Source: Alphaproteobacteria bacterium
GTDB lineage: Bacteria > Pseudomonadota > Alphaproteobacteria > CACIAM-22H2
Length of the DNA: 64,000 nucleotides
NCBI GenBank assembly: GCA_017308135.1
Contig: JAFKFM010000006.1
Location: forward strand, 1,724-65,723
Reading direction: 5' to 3'
The notes under the pieces are model-generated. The model ran no database searches. It saw only the letters and a program-made list of their open reading frames with translations, and was not told the origin of the DNA. A program made the position numbers and the translations under genes. Below, piece by piece: positions 63,348-64,000 of the stretch. Within the stretch, counting starts at the first letter, position 1; each line of letters starts with the position of its first letter.

Positions 63348-64000
63348 ATGTTGAAGAAAATCCTGGCCGGTGCGGCTTTGGCCGCCTTGGCGTTTCTGCC
63401 GATGGTGACATCTCAAGCTGGGGCGCAAGAGCAGCCCAAGCGCGGCGGCAATTTCATTTTCGCGGTCGGCGGCGAACCCGATACGACCGATTGCCACGCG
63501 GCGACGAATTTCGCGGTGATCCATCATCTGGCGCCGCATTACTCGACGCTGGTGAAGTTCGACGCCAAGAACTACCCCAAAATCATCGGCGACACGGCGC
63601 GCGATTGGACGATCTCGCCCGACGGCAAAACCTATACGTTCCGCCTGATCCAGCCGATCCGATTTCATGACGGCTCGGCGCTGACCTCGGCCGACGTGAA
63701 GGCGAGCTTCGATCGCATCAAGACGCCGGCACCGGGTGCGCGCTCCGCGCGCCGCGATCATTTCCAGGACGTCGCGTCGGTCGAAGCGCCGGCACCCGAC
63801 ACGGTCGTGTTCAAGCTGAACAATCCGAACCCGGCCTTCATGACCTATCTGGCGGCCCCGTTTAACTGCATCTATTCGGCCGCCAAGCTCGCGCAGGATC
63901 CGCGCTATCCCGAGAAGGAAGTGATGGGCTCGGGCGCGTTCCGCTTCGGCGAGCGCGTTCCCGGTTCGCATTGGACGGGCACGCGCTTCGACGGTTATTT
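63348..64000 (+). CDS. ABC transporter substrate-binding protein, family 5 (peptide/nickel), 3'-truncated by window end
   Basis: Signal peptide followed by an SBP_bac_5 N-terminal pattern (GGNFIFAVGGEPDT). GGAG RBS. Confidence 0.8.
   Translation, partial: MLKKILAGAALAALAFLPMVTSQAGAQEQPKRGGNFIFAVGGEPDTTDCHAATNFAVIHHLAPHYSTLVKFDAKNYPKIIGDTARDWTISPDGKTYTFRLIQPIRFHDGSALTSADVKASFDRIKTPAPGARSARRDHFQDVASVEAPAPDTVVFKLNNPNPAFMTYLAAPFNCIYSAAKLAQDPRYPEKEVMGSGAFRFGERVPGSHWTGTRFDGY

Overview
This 64 kb window is about 68% GC and gene-dense, and it looks like a chromosomal segment of an alphaproteobacterium (Rhodospirillales/Rhizobiales-like). I call about 57 protein genes plus one tRNA-Leu(CAA). There are no CRISPR arrays, rRNA genes, integrases or transposases.

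The conserved housekeeping blocks are:
- pgk, then pyrF-trpF-trpB-trpA-accD-folC, translationally coupled.
- tsaE-amgK-murU-addB-addA-trxA.
- ahcY with a flanking PAS histidine kinase.
- ptsI-npr-manX(EIIA-Man)-rapZ-hprK-chvG-chvI, the PTS-Ntr/ChvGI block.
- gpmI-envC-like-ctpA-yibQ-rppH.

The features that stand out are:
1. A chemoreceptor with a C-terminal PilZ (c-di-GMP-binding) domain, sitting behind a low-GC leader that carries a perfect CtrA box.
2. An RR - hybrid HK(REC+HPt) - RR module with two paralogous single-domain regulators. It sits between ahcY and the PTS genes, where Rhizobiales synteny (as I recall it) has nothing.
3. A paralogous orphan sensor kinase inserted on the opposite strand between hprK and chvG. 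It is preceded by an AT-rich island holding a perfect 14-bp palindrome, TTAACCATGGTTAA.
4. A stand-alone soxYZ pair whose SoxY ends in GGCAVSS rather than the canonical GGCGG-COOH. It is clustered with a TauE/SafE exporter, an RHH protein, methionine gamma-lyase, an MFS pump and an AraC regulator, in an accessory-like block bounded by tRNA-Leu.
5. An ABC importer whose ATPase is inverted and fused into the rppH operon, with a DUF433/DUF5615 toxin-antitoxin pair at the breakpoint.

Many very long ORFs in the six-frame track are antisense or fused-frame artefacts of high GC and are rejected below. Start sites were chosen by homology-expected length, RBS presence and third-codon-position GC, and several remain uncertain.
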